Positions 7,468 to 16,888 of a stretch of 64,000 nucleotides of DNA are shown here, one piece after another (the stretch's first letter is position 1; every line of letters starts with the position of its first letter). The position numbers and the translations under genes were made by a program. Under the pieces are notes generated by a model. The model worked only from the letters and a program-made list of their open reading frames with translations, was not told where the DNA came from and ran no database searches. Source of the stretch: Steroidobacteraceae bacterium (lineage in GTDB: Bacteria; Pseudomonadota; Gammaproteobacteria; Steroidobacterales; Steroidobacteraceae); NCBI GenBank assembly GCA_049455235.1, contig JBMTZD010000002.1, positions 1,818 to 65,817 on the forward strand, given 5' to 3'.

Positions 7468-8757
7468 ATGAACGCGACCGCCGAAGCGATCGAGGGAACA
7501 CCGGAGGAAGCCGTCGCCGAGCCGGCGCCTCCACCACCCTCGCGCCCGCCCGACCCTCCCCCTGCCAAAAAGTGCCCGGAATGCGTCCCCGGCGCGCCGA
7601 TGTGGATGGCGACGTTCTCCGATATGGCGACGCTGCTGCTGTGCTTCTTCGTCTTGATTCTCTCGTTCGCCGAGATGAACGTGCCGAAGTTCAAGCAGAT
7701 CTCGGGCAGCATGCAGAACTCGTTCGGTGTGCAGCGTGAAATCCCGGTCGTCGAACAGCCGAAGGGCACGACCATCCTGAGCTTAAACTTCTCCCCTTCC
7801 CCAACGGTCGCTCTGGTCGACAATCTCAAACAAGAGACGACCGACTCGACTCAGCAAGAGCTCGAGGTTCGCACCAAAGACGCTGACCCGGTGTCGGAGG
7901 AGCCTCTCGAAGCTGGCGGTCGACAACCGCAAGATAGCGAAAGACCCGGCGGCAAGGGTGCTGCGGAAGGCAACGCGCCGGATAACATCGCACAAGATGC
8001 CGAACGCATTCGCCAAGCTCTGTCGCAGGAGGTCGCCGCTGGACGAGTCGAAGTCGCTGCCACCAATACTCGTGTGACGGTGCAGTTCAACGCGGCTGAG
8101 AATGCCTCGGCGGCGGAACGCATTCAGGCAGCACAAGCGGTCGCGAGCGGCATAAAGAAACTCAATGAATTAACTCCGCAACTGACGAGCGAGGTTGCTG
8201 TCACCGGCGCGACTAGCGCACTCGTAGCCGCGGTCGAAGCGCAAGCGGCGACCACTGGCGCCAACACGACTGGAGATCAGGGCGGTGGCGGCAGCAACAA
8301 GGAAAAGACCGAACAAGCAGCGAAGGATCTCGAGCAAGCCTTTGCGGGTGAGATCAAAGACGGATTAGTTAAGGTCGAGCGAAAAGACGGCGCCGTTATC
8401 GTGAAGATCGGCTCGGGCGGTGCATTTCCAACTGGCGATGCGACACTGACGCCAATGGCGGTCGGACTCATCGAGAAAATCGGTGACGTCGCCAACAAGT
8501 CAGGCGCCCGCGTCGTGATCGGGGGTCATACCGACAATGTGCCGATTCGTACGATCAAGTATCGTGACAATTGGGATTTGTCGGCGGCTCGCGCAGTATC
8601 GGTCGTCCGTGAACTGGTGACGGGTCGCAAGTTTGATCCAGCTCGTATCGAAGCTCAGGGATTTGCTGACACCAAACCCGTTGCCGCGAATGACTCTGCT
8701 GCCAATCGAGCACTGAATAGACGTATCGAAATCGAAATACAAATGCCGAAGGAGTAA
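7468..8757 (+). CDS. motB: flagellar stator protein MotB (PomB/MotD-like) with OmpA-like C-terminal domain and an unusually long linker
   Basis: KKCPECVPGAPMWMATFSDMATLLLCFFVLILSFAEMN resembles the PomB N-terminus and TM segment with the conserved Asp. The C-terminus GGHTDNVPI...NWDLSAARAVSVVREL...NRRIEIEI is OmpA/MotB peptidoglycan-binding. 429 aa against roughly 310 for MotB/PomB. Confidence 0.9.
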   Translation: MNATAEAIEGTPEEAVAEPAPPPPSRPPDPPPAKKCPECVPGAPMWMATFSDMATLLLCFFVLILSFAEMNVPKFKQISGSMQNSFGVQREIPVVEQPKGTTILSLNFSPSPTVALVDNLKQETTDSTQQELEVRTKDADPVSEEPLEAGGRQPQDSERPGGKGAAEGNAPDNIAQDAERIRQALSQEVAAGRVEVAATNTRVTVQFNAAENASAAERIQAAQAVASGIKKLNELTPQLTSEVAVTGATSALVAAVEAQAATTGANTTGDQGGGGSNKEKTEQAAKDLEQAFAGEIKDGLVKVERKDGAVIVKIGSGGAFPTGDATLTPMAVGLIEKIGDVANKSGARVVIGGHTDNVPIRTIKYRDNWDLSAARAVSVVRELVTGRKFDPARIEAQGFADTKPVAANDSAANRALNRRIEIEIQMPKE

Positions 8758-8761
8758 CGCC

Positions 8762-9145
8762 ATGGTGCAAGTGTTGACCTTCTCGGAAGGACGCGTTTCA
8801 GTCGCGCTGATTCCCGATCGTCTGCGCTCCTTACTGGCGGATGACCTCGAGACCCAAAAGAAAAAAGTGGCAGTGATCGCAGACTATCTGCCGCCGCAGG
8901 GAACAACCTCGAACAACGATGAAATCAGTGATCGTTTGACCCTGCTCTCTCTGCCGAAACACGCTGGACGCGAAGAATTTCTAGTGCGTTTCCAGCGCGG
9001 CCGCGCGGTTTGGATGGTGCTGGTTTATGGCGCCGAGAATTTCTTCGACTTCGATCGCCGCTACATCCAGTCGTTCTTACCCAGCATGCGGATATGTCAT
9101 CCGGCTGCGGAGCTCCAGTCCGTACATCTACCGAGTTTGAACTAA
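8762..9145 (+). CDS. hypothetical protein co-transcribed with motAB
   Basis: 127-aa ORF. AAGGAG lies 7 nt upstream of ATG 8762, 4 nt after the motB stop. Balanced composition, no recognisable domain. Confidence 0.55.
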   Translation: MVQVLTFSEGRVSVALIPDRLRSLLADDLETQKKKVAVIADYLPPQGTTSNNDEISDRLTLLSLPKHAGREEFLVRFQRGRAVWMVLVYGAENFFDFDRRYIQSFLPSMRICHPAAELQSVHLPSLN

Positions 9146-9170
9146 CGGCTACCCGCCTAGACTCAAACTA

Positions 9171-9479
9171 ATGCGAGCACGACTTGTTACATCGATGGTT
9201 CTGAGCTTACTGCTGATCGGTTGTTCGCCGCGCTCGCCGCAACCGCAAGGGCCGAAGCAGGGTGTTGCGGCCGAGATTCGTGACGATGTCGCCTACGTAC
9301 CGGGAACTCAGCAGCGCTACACCGGACCGTTAACCACCTATTACTGGAGTGGCGAGTACGTCAAAGCCACTTACATCGACGGTCGCTTGCACGGCACATG
9401 GACCCGCTACTCGCGCGAGGCTGAAGTACTGATGCACGTGTGCTTCGAGAACGGCAACCCAATCGAGTGCCGCGACTGA
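9171..9479 (+). CDS. small lipoprotein with MORN-variant (YwqK-like) repeat
   Basis: Lipobox LLIGC. GPLTTYYWSGEYVKATYIDGRLHGTWTRY fits the MORN-variant repeat (G....yy.nG.......y.nG..hG). Confidence 0.6.
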   Translation: MRARLVTSMVLSLLLIGCSPRSPQPQGPKQGVAAEIRDDVAYVPGTQQRYTGPLTTYYWSGEYVKATYIDGRLHGTWTRYSREAEVLMHVCFENGNPIECRD

Positions 9480-9524
9480 CGACAGACCAGGTATAGCACC
9501 GGCCTGCCGCCAGCAAAAACCCAC

Positions 9525-10553
9525 TTACTTGGCCGGTACCGGCTTCTGATCCTTAGCGTAATGCTCAAGGCTCGAAAGACTGCGATCTGTGCTCCATTCA
9601 GTTGGCGCATCGAAATATTTTTTATAGTTCTTCTCGCAATAGTCGAGCACATTGCGCGACAGAATCTCCTCCAGATTTTGCGTCGTACCCATAAAGCAAG
9701 CGTACTGGCACAGACCTGGGCGTTGACCCATCAACATCCACGGTAACCACGGCGTAATACGATTCCAAGTGCCCGTGTAATCGAGTGAGGTGATCTTTTC
9801 GTTCTGTAAATCTTCCACCTTCACGTGATGGGCGAAGAATTCAGAGACCTGCGCGATTGGACCTGCCGACTCGCGCGGCCACTTATCCGGCTGCAACGCA
9901 CTCGGATACGCGAGATGCACGTGAATCTCCATCTCCGCCATATCGCCGTGCTGGTACCAAGGCAAGATGAAGGGGATTTTTGGTGGTTGTTCTTTGTTGA
10001 GACCACCGAAATCGGACATGGCCGGGAAGTGATCCTCGATCATGTAGTTGAATGGGTCGTTTGCGACGTGCACCGCCTTGACCGTCTCGTTAGTCAACGG
10101 ATTCTTCCACTCGTCGAGCACTTCGCCGCTGCGCAGATCGGTATAGACGATCACTTCGCGGCACATGCGACGAATCCCCCCATCGGGCCCCTGCTCGAGC
10201 CGAATCACACCGAAACCCGACGAGCCCATCAGATCGACGACCTTCTTCTGCGGTTCGATGGCCATGACATAGCCCTTGAACCAGAAGTACTTTTGCTTAC
10301 CGAAATCCAAGTCTCCCTGGATGCGGGCATAGGCCAGTTGATTACCGCGACCCGTCGAGAGATCGAGATACGGGCCCTTCAGGCCTGGACCACGACCATA
10401 CAGTGAATGCATCGCCGCGGACGCACTGGCCAAAGGCCCGCCGAGGGTCATACCAGCAATACCTGACGCACCGATGGCCAGAGCACCACCCGCACTCGCG
10501 GTTGTTAGAAATTCACGGCGTTCGGGTCGTTGTAGCTCGGAAGACTGGGACAT
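9525..10553 (-). CDS. Tat-exported DUF1838-like protein
   Basis: Twin-arginine signal ERREFLTTASAGGALAIGASG. WKNPLTNETVKAVHVANDPFNY resembles the DUF1838 core motif as I recall it. The DNA is visibly more AT-rich than its neighbours. Confidence 0.55.
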   Translation of the reverse strand: MSQSSELQRPERREFLTTASAGGALAIGASGIAGMTLGGPLASASAAMHSLYGRGPGLKGPYLDLSTGRGNQLAYARIQGDLDFGKQKYFWFKGYVMAIEPQKKVVDLMGSSGFGVIRLEQGPDGGIRRMCREVIVYTDLRSGEVLDEWKNPLTNETVKAVHVANDPFNYMIEDHFPAMSDFGGLNKEQPPKIPFILPWYQHGDMAEMEIHVHLAYPSALQPDKWPRESAGPIAQVSEFFAHHVKVEDLQNEKITSLDYTGTWNRITPWLPWMLMGQRPGLCQYACFMGTTQNLEEILSRNVLDYCEKNYKKYFDAPTEWSTDRSLSSLEHYAKDQKPVPAK

Positions 10554-10661
10554 GGGCGAACCCCCTTGTGTCAGGAAGGTTCAGATGATGCCGTCAGTCA
10601 CGCGACGGTGGCCTGACGGCGTCATCCTTTGTCCATTTTCGAGCGATCGAGTGCCGAGTAA

Positions 10662-11198
10662 TCAGGCACCTTTGAGGCGTTTCAGCTCGGCCAACACCAT
10701 GGCCGAGTGCCCCTTAGCGTCAACCTTTTCCCAGTGCTTGGCGATCCGACCTTCCGGGTCGATGATGAAGGTGTCACGTCGGGCGATCTCGAACATACCG
10801 AGCATCTTCTGAAGCACCCCATAAGCGGCGGTCGTTTGCTTGGTGGGATCCGCCAGCACCGAGAACGGGAGGCTATGCTCTTTGGCGAATTCCTTCTTAG
10901 AGTCCACATCGTCAACACTGACTCCGTAGATCACGGCGCCCTCACGTCGGAAGGCAAAGATATCGTCGCGGAACTCGCAGGCTTGGGTCGTGCACCCGGG
11001 AGTATTGTCCTTCGGATAGAAGTACAGCACGACCCACTTGCCGCGCTGCTCTTTCAAAGAAACCCATTTGCCCGTCTGGTCCTGCAGACGAAAATCCGGC
11101 GCCGGTGAACCGGTCTTGAGGGAACTCGCTAGGACTAGCGTGGCCAACAGACCCAAAGCGAGACTGGAGAGCCAACGGGACATCGATCGCATGTTCAT
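10662..11198 (-). CDS. bcp: thioredoxin-dependent peroxiredoxin Bcp with signal peptide
   Basis: [23 protein letters not shown] is the Bcp/PrxQ active-site motif (CxxxxC). N-terminal hydrophobic leader [13 protein letters not shown]. Confidence 0.85.
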   Translation of the reverse strand: MNMRSMSRWLSSLALGLLATLVLASSLKTGSPAPDFRLQDQTGKWVSLKEQRGKWVVLYFYPKDNTPGCTTQACEFRDDIFAFRREGAVIYGVSVDDVDSKKEFAKEHSLPFSVLADPTKQTTAAYGVLQKMLGMFEIARRDTFIIDPEGRIAKHWEKVDAKGHSAMVLAELKRLKGA

Positions 11199-11235
11199 TC
11201 TCCTGCCGAGGGGGGTGAGCGCTTATCATAGTGCC

Positions 11236-12351
11236 ATGCGCAAGCGCACAGCTATCGTCTTATCGGGCGGCGGAGCCCGCGCGGCTTACCAAGTCGGCAC
11301 ATTAAAGGCACTCTCGGAATTGAGCCCTACCGACGAGCCGCCGTTCGACATCATTGTCGGCACCTCGGCAGGCGCGGTCTGTGCGGCTGTGATCGCCACT
11401 CACGCGCGTGATTGGCGAGAGGGCGTTCGCCGTCTAGAACAGGTTTGGGGCAACTTCACCGTTGATCAAGTTTTCGAGGCCGATACCGCGGCAATGTTGA
11501 GCGCAGGTGCACGCTGGTCGCTCTCGGCGCTCTCGAGCGGTCGGCTCGCCACTGCGCCAGAGGCCCTGTTCGACAACTCACCGCTGCGCAGACTGCTAGC
11601 CGAGCGCATCGATTGGAATGCCGTCCGCGATAACGTTGAGTGCGGCGCGCTGCATGCGATCGCGCTAACGGCGACCTCCTATGTGGGAGGACAACACCGC
11701 ATTTTCTTCGAAGCGGCCCCCTCCGTCGGCGACTGGCAGGGCGTTCGCCGTATAGGCACTCGCTCGACGCTCAACCTCGATCACTTAATGGCAAGCGTTG
11801 CCATTCCCTTCTTGTTTCCATCGGTAAAAATCGGCGATCGATACTTTGGTGATGGTGCGATGCGACAACTCGCGCCGCTATCGCCCGCTATTCATCTCGG
11901 CGCAGAGCGTATTCTGGTGCTCGGTGTCCGCGCTCAGAATGCAGCGGGTATCGACGACGGACTGCAATCTCTCCGATCACCCTCTTCAGGCGATATTTTT
12001 GGTTTCATGCTCGACACCTTGTTCAGCGATCAGGTCGACGCCGATCTCGATCAACTAGAGCGCACCAATCGCTTCTTGAGCGAAGCGAACCGGGCCGTTG
12101 TGGGCCTGCGCCCTGTTGCCGCGCTGCGTCTCGTGCCGAGTGCCGATCCGCGAGATATCGCGGCACAACACTTAGGGGCTTTGCCAAGCGCACTTCGAAC
12201 CTTGCTGTCGGTCATCGGCGCGCGTGGCGCCTCAGGCGGTCTCTTGGCGAGTTATCTCTTATTCGAACACGTTTACACACGCGAGCTGATCGAACTCGGC
12301 TATCGAGATACCTTGGCGCAGCGCGACGCTATCCTCAATTTCTTGGCTTGA
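11236..12351 (+). CDS. patatin-like phospholipase
   Basis: ATG 11236 gives [21 protein letters not shown] (GGGxR oxyanion hole), GTSAGA (GxSxG nucleophile) and FGDGA (catalytic Asp). The longer ORF starting at 11038 overlaps bcp and is rejected. Confidence 0.85.
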   Translation: MRKRTAIVLSGGGARAAYQVGTLKALSELSPTDEPPFDIIVGTSAGAVCAAVIATHARDWREGVRRLEQVWGNFTVDQVFEADTAAMLSAGARWSLSALSSGRLATAPEALFDNSPLRRLLAERIDWNAVRDNVECGALHAIALTATSYVGGQHRIFFEAAPSVGDWQGVRRIGTRSTLNLDHLMASVAIPFLFPSVKIGDRYFGDGAMRQLAPLSPAIHLGAERILVLGVRAQNAAGIDDGLQSLRSPSSGDIFGFMLDTLFSDQVDADLDQLERTNRFLSEANRAVVGLRPVAALRLVPSADPRDIAAQHLGALPSALRTLLSVIGARGASGGLLASYLLFEHVYTRELIELGYRDTLAQRDAILNFLA

Positions 12352-12355
12352 GGTT

Positions 12356-13546
12356 TCAGGCCAAGACCTTACGACGGAGCGCGGCCATCGCTCGATCGAG
12401 GCCATCGAGGGTCAGCGGGAACATCCGATCCTCCACCAACTCTTGCGTCAGACGAATTGAGGGCGTCCACCCCCAATGCTCTTCGGGCGTGGGATTGATC
12501 CAGATGAGCTTCGGAAAATGCGCAGTGAATCGTCGCATCCACTCGACACCCGCTTCTGGATTCCAGTGTTCGACGCTGCCACCCGGCTGCAAAATTTCGT
12601 AAGGACTCATCGCCGCATCACCGACGAAGATCACCCGGTAATCGGGATTGAAGGTGCGGAGCAAATCGAAGGTCGCGGTCTTCTCGGAGTGGCGGCGGCG
12701 ATTGTCCTTCCAGAGCATTTCATAGATGAAGTTGTGGAAGTAGAAATGCTCGAGATGTTTGAACTCGCTGCGAGCAGCCGAAAAAAGCTCCTCGCAGAGA
12801 CGAATGTGATCGTCCATGGATCCGCCGACATCGAGCAACAGCAGCACCTTCACCGCATTACGACGCTCCGGCCGCAGTTTGAGATCGAGCCAACCGGCAT
12901 TACGCGCTGTCGCATCGATCGTGCCATCGAGATCGAGCTCGTCGGCGGCGCCTTGCCGTGCGAATTTACGCAAACGCCGCAGCGCCATCTTGAGATTGCG
13001 TGTGCCGAGCTCACGTCGGTCGTCGAAGTTTCGATACTCCCGCGCCTCCCACACCTTGACGGCGCGACGCTGACGCTGCCCCTCGTTGCCAATCCGAATA
13101 CCCTCGGGATTGTAGCCACCAGACCCAAAGGGGGATGTGCCGCCCGTGCCGATCCATTTATTACCGCCCGAGTGGCGCTCCTTCTGCTCTTTCAAGCGCT
13201 CACGCAAGGTCTCGAGCAACTTATCCCAACTACCTAGAGCCTGCGCCTTCGCGCGCTCCTCGTCGGTGAATAAACGCTCCGCCATCATCTGCAACCATTC
13301 GGCGGGAACTTCAGCAACGAGTTTCTCGAACAAGCGCTCAGCGCCCGCAAAATGCTCGGCAAAAACGCGATCGAAGCGATCGAAGTGCCTCTCGTCTTTC
13401 ACGAGCGCGAGCCGCGCGAGCCAGTAGAACTCTTCCGCCGAGCAATACGCAACCCGCGCCTCTAGCGCCTGCAGCAGCGAGAGGAACTCCGTGATCGAAA
13501 CCGGAACTCCTGCCGCTCGCAGATCGAAGAAAAAGCGGATCAGCAT
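12356..13546 (-). CDS. VWA domain protein, CoxE-like
   Basis: MLIRFFFDLRAAGVPVSITEFLSLLQAL is the typical CoxE-family N-terminus. VWA core LLLLDVGGSMD (degenerate MIDAS, D-x-G-x-S). Lies 5 nt downstream of a MoxR ATPase. Confidence 0.8.
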   Translation of the reverse strand: MLIRFFFDLRAAGVPVSITEFLSLLQALEARVAYCSAEEFYWLARLALVKDERHFDRFDRVFAEHFAGAERLFEKLVAEVPAEWLQMMAERLFTDEERAKAQALGSWDKLLETLRERLKEQKERHSGGNKWIGTGGTSPFGSGGYNPEGIRIGNEGQRQRRAVKVWEAREYRNFDDRRELGTRNLKMALRRLRKFARQGAADELDLDGTIDATARNAGWLDLKLRPERRNAVKVLLLLDVGGSMDDHIRLCEELFSAARSEFKHLEHFYFHNFIYEMLWKDNRRRHSEKTATFDLLRTFNPDYRVIFVGDAAMSPYEILQPGGSVEHWNPEAGVEWMRRFTAHFPKLIWINPTPEEHWGWTPSIRLTQELVEDRMFPLTLDGLDRAMAALRRKVLA

Positions 13547-13551
13547 CGACG

Positions 13552-14403
13552 TCAGCGCGCGCGACGATTAAGGAAAATCAATTGCTCGAATAGATGAACA
13601 TCCTGCTCGTTCTTTAACAAAGCGCCATACAAAGGCGGGATAGTCTTTTTCGGATCATCGCTACGCAGCGCTTCTGGCGGAATATCTTCAGCGAGCAACA
13701 ACTTGATCCAATCTAACAACTCGGAAGTCGAGGGCTTTTTCTTCAAGCCCGGCGTCTCTCGCACCTTGTAGAAAGCACCCAACGCTTCGGCGAGCAGTTC
13801 TTTTTTTAGATTCGGATAATGTACTTCGACGATCTTCTCCATCGTCTCGGCATCGGGAAAGCGGATGTAGTGGAAAAAGCAGCGCCGCAGGAAGGCGTCG
13901 GGCAACTCCTTCTCGTTGTTACTCGTGATGATGATGATCGGGCGATGTCGGGCCTTCACGAGCTCACGGGTCTCGTAAACATAGAACTCCATCCGATCGA
14001 TCTCGCGCAACAAATCGTTCGGAAATTCGATATCGGCCTTATCGATTTCATCGATCAACAACACGGGCTGCACATCGGAGTCGAATGCTTCCCACAGTTT
14101 GCCTCGAACGATGTAGTTACGGATGTCGGCGACCTTGGGGTCGCCGAGTTGCGAGTCACGCAAACGCGAGACTGCGTCGTATTCGTAAAGACCTTGTTGC
14201 GCTTTGCTCGTCGACTTGACGTGCCATTCGAACATCGGTCGACCGAGCGCTCCGGCGACCTCGAGCGCGAGTTGCGTCTTGCCCGTTCCAGGTTCGCCCT
14301 TGATCAAGAGCGGCCGACCGAGTGTGACGGCCGCGTTGACGGCCATACCCAGATCAGCCGTGGCGATGTAGCGATCAGTACCGACGAAACGTGTTTCAGT
14401 CAT
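13552..14403 (-). CDS. MoxR-family AAA+ ATPase
   Basis: Start at ATG 14403 (MTETRFVGTDRYIA), ATGA overlap with the acylase stop. Walker A GEPGTGKTQ, Walker B VLLIDEIDKA. Confidence 0.85.
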   Translation of the reverse strand: MTETRFVGTDRYIATADLGMAVNAAVTLGRPLLIKGEPGTGKTQLALEVAGALGRPMFEWHVKSTSKAQQGLYEYDAVSRLRDSQLGDPKVADIRNYIVRGKLWEAFDSDVQPVLLIDEIDKADIEFPNDLLREIDRMEFYVYETRELVKARHRPIIIITSNNEKELPDAFLRRCFFHYIRFPDAETMEKIVEVHYPNLKKELLAEALGAFYKVRETPGLKKKPSTSELLDWIKLLLAEDIPPEALRSDDPKKTIPPLYGALLKNEQDVHLFEQLIFLNRRAR

Positions 14404-16880
14404 GGCTTGGCCACCAAGTTCAAAGAATGCACGGTCGGCCCCGGCAAGAGGGGACGCGGCCTGCCGCTCACCCAATCGTCGAAACCAGCTTGGTAAAACG
14501 GTGACAGGGGGTGTCCGCTTTGGCCACCGGGGATCTGCAGATACGCCTCCGACTCCCGACCGGGCGAGACGGCAAAGCGCTCCGAGGCGCCAAAAGTAGG
14601 ACCGGTCACATGGGGCACGTTCATATCACCATCGAGTTGTCGCGATGGCATATCGAGATAGGGCGCAAGCGGCCCGAGAGCGGCAGAGAGCGGGTGGCGA
14701 ATTCGCGTTGTGTTGTGTTGACCCCACGCGCATTGGGATAGCTCGCCACAACTCTCCTCGAGCTTCTCGATGACGAGATCGGCTTGCTGCAGCAAGAAGC
14801 TTCGCCAGTCAGGATAGTTCGCCGCCAACATGTGCGCCGGCTGCTCCGTGACGAGTCGCCATAGCGACCCCTCAAAGAGTGCGTAAGGGTACGAGCCCTT
14901 CGCCGTCTGCAGAGATTCGGTGATCATTGACCACACGGCTTTGCGCGTCGTGTCGCGATAGGCGCGCACCACGCGATAGCTCACCGAATCTGCCGCAGCA
15001 ACACCCCGCCATTCGCCAACCCAGCGACGCATCTCGGCGCGCTTCGGGTGGTTCTTGAGAGCATCCTCATCGAGTACGCCTAGCAAGAGCTGCTGCCAAC
15101 GATCGAGAAACTCGGCTCGTCCATCGAACTGGATCGAGAGCATGTCTGCTGGCGTCGCCCTAGCTTCGATCGCCAGCAACCGATCGCGAATACGACCCTG
15201 CCTCGTTCCCATGTCATAACCCATACCACCCTCGGCCTCGTCGTTGCCGAGTACGAACTCAAGTTCACCCTCGACATGCCGGGAGTTCGCACTCCAAAGC
15301 CGCCCTGCTTCCGGATCGACGATCCGCGGCGCCGAGTCGGCATCACGCCATATCACCGGGCGTGGCGTCTCGGGACCACGATTTCCCTCGGGGATGCGAC
15401 CGATAATGGTCCACGCGATTCGTCCGCTGCGATCGCCCACGGTGAAGTTTTGATGGGGGATACCGACGCGCGGCGCAAGCTGCAATGCGGCATCAAGATC
15501 CCCCACTTGCTGTAGCTCTAGACTCGCAAGATTCGTGGCACCCCGTTCCGTGATCAACCAACGTGCTGCCCAACAGGTCTCGCCTGTCTTAGCGTCGCCA
15601 TCCACCTTGATGATCGGTCCGGAAGTGCTCTCCCAAATCTCAAACATCTCGGGTTCAGCCCCGGCGATCTCAATGCGCGCCTCGCGAATCTCAAACGCCG
15701 TTTCGCCACCGGGAGCAAGATAGCCGCGACGATTGGAAGAGCACGATAGCGGGCGCACGTCGGCCCAATCTCCGTAGCTATTGGTGAACGACCAAGCGAT
15801 ACGACCATTGCTACCGGCTGCAACAGCCGGCAAGCCCGGCAACGTGACGCCGTTCAATTCGATCGGCGCACCGCCGTTATCTGTCACGATCAAGCGGGCC
15901 CGATACCAAACCGTCGGAACTCGCAAGCCGAGATGCATATCGCCCGCCACCAAGGCAGCACCGCTCGCCGTGTGCTGACCTGCAACGGCCCAGGCGTTGC
16001 TGCCGGGCACACCGCGCGCCCGCTCATCAAAAGCGGCGTTAGCCACGGCCTCGGACAGACGCGAGCCCCGCAAATCGAGCCACTCTGGGGGTGGCACTTC
16101 GGGCGCCGCGAATGCGAGACCGCCGTTAGCCGCTTGTCGATCTACTTCGGTCGCGAAGTTCGGCGCATCCCACTCGTTACCCCGCGGAAACAAGAACTGC
16201 TGCACGGCACGAAGCGCGTTCGCATCGACCGCGCCATCACCCGCGGCACTGCGTAGCCGCTCTTCGATTCGCGCGCCGATAGCACGACGCGTCATCTCCG
16301 ACTCGATACTCTCATGCTGTAACTGCCACCACATCGCATGGACGACGAGAATCGAATCTTCGACGAGCCATTCGGTAGGCTTTTGGCGCAACAACCAGTA
16401 TTCCCATGGCCGCACCCCGAGCGATGCGAGACCCGCGTTCACACCGCGCGTGTAAGCTTCGATCCAGTTGCGCTGCTCGGAAGAACTGTCGTTGATAACT
16501 TCTTTGGCTACCTCACGCAGTCGAAACACTCGCGCTGATTTATCCTGACCCACGAGCGTCGGTCCAAGTAGCGCCGCCAGCTCTCCTGCCGCGAGACGCC
16601 GCGAGAGATCCATCTGGAAAAAGCGATCTTGCGCGTGTGCGAAACCAAGTCCATATGCGACATCTGCGAAGCTGCGCCCTCGAATGGTCGGAGCACCATC
16701 GGCATCGCGCTCGATACGCACATCGGCCGAGAGTGCGCCGCGAGGTGTCTCGATACGTCCATCGAGATCGGGAAGCGATCCCCGCAGGGCCCACCACACC
16801 GCAGCAATCGCCACGATCAAGAGCATCACGACGATCAGCAGCCCACGGCCGATCCAACGTTTGATCGCACTCGCTGCCAT
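14400..16880 (-). CDS. penicillin-acylase-family Ntn hydrolase (possible acyl-homoserine-lactone or beta-lactam acylase), N-terminally membrane anchored
   Basis: About 826 aa. GVPGSNAWAVAG contains the Ser-Asn nucleophile junction of penicillin/AHL acylases. N-terminal TM GLLIVVMLLIVAIAAVWW. The ATG at 16880 is preferred over the GTG at 16889. Confidence 0.85.
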   Translation of the reverse strand: MAASAIKRWIGRGLLIVVMLLIVAIAAVWWALRGSLPDLDGRIETPRGALSADVRIERDADGAPTIRGRSFADVAYGLGFAHAQDRFFQMDLSRRLAAGELAALLGPTLVGQDKSARVFRLREVAKEVINDSSSEQRNWIEAYTRGVNAGLASLGVRPWEYWLLRQKPTEWLVEDSILVVHAMWWQLQHESIESEMTRRAIGARIEERLRSAAGDGAVDANALRAVQQFLFPRGNEWDAPNFATEVDRQAANGGLAFAAPEVPPPEWLDLRGSRLSEAVANAAFDERARGVPGSNAWAVAGQHTASGAALVAGDMHLGLRVPTVWYRARLIVTDNGGAPIELNGVTLPGLPAVAAGSNGRIAWSFTNSYGDWADVRPLSCSSNRRGYLAPGGETAFEIREARIEIAGAEPEMFEIWESTSGPIIKVDGDAKTGETCWAARWLITERGATNLASLELQQVGDLDAALQLAPRVGIPHQNFTVGDRSGRIAWTIIGRIPEGNRGPETPRPVIWRDADSAPRIVDPEAGRLWSANSRHVEGELEFVLGNDEAEGGMGYDMGTRQGRIRDRLLAIEARATPADMLSIQFDGRAEFLDRWQQLLLGVLDEDALKNHPKRAEMRRWVGEWRGVAAADSVSYRVVRAYRDTTRKAVWSMITESLQTAKGSYPYALFEGSLWRLVTEQPAHMLAANYPDWRSFLLQQADLVIEKLEESCGELSQCAWGQHNTTRIRHPLSAALGPLAPYLDMPSRQLDGDMNVPHVTGPTFGASERFAVSPGRESEAYLQIPGGQSGHPLSPFYQAGFDDWVSGRPRPLLPGPTVHSLNLVAKP

Positions 16881-16888
16881 ACGCGGCA

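Noticed and set aside
12341-12366. 7-bp inverted repeat (tcttggc / gccaaga) spanning the convergent patatin and VWA stop codons.
   Set aside because: The stem is short, the loop is 12 nt and there is no U-tract. This is weak evidence for a terminator.
11236-14403. Patatin-like lipase next to a MoxR AAA+/VWA pair as a possible anti-phage defence island (CBASS-like effector context).
   Set aside because: The patatin gene is convergent to the AAA+/VWA genes, not co-oriented. No cyclase/nucleotidyltransferase, sensor or other defence hallmark is nearby. The MoxR/VWA pair is operonic with the acylase. The flanks are core metabolism.
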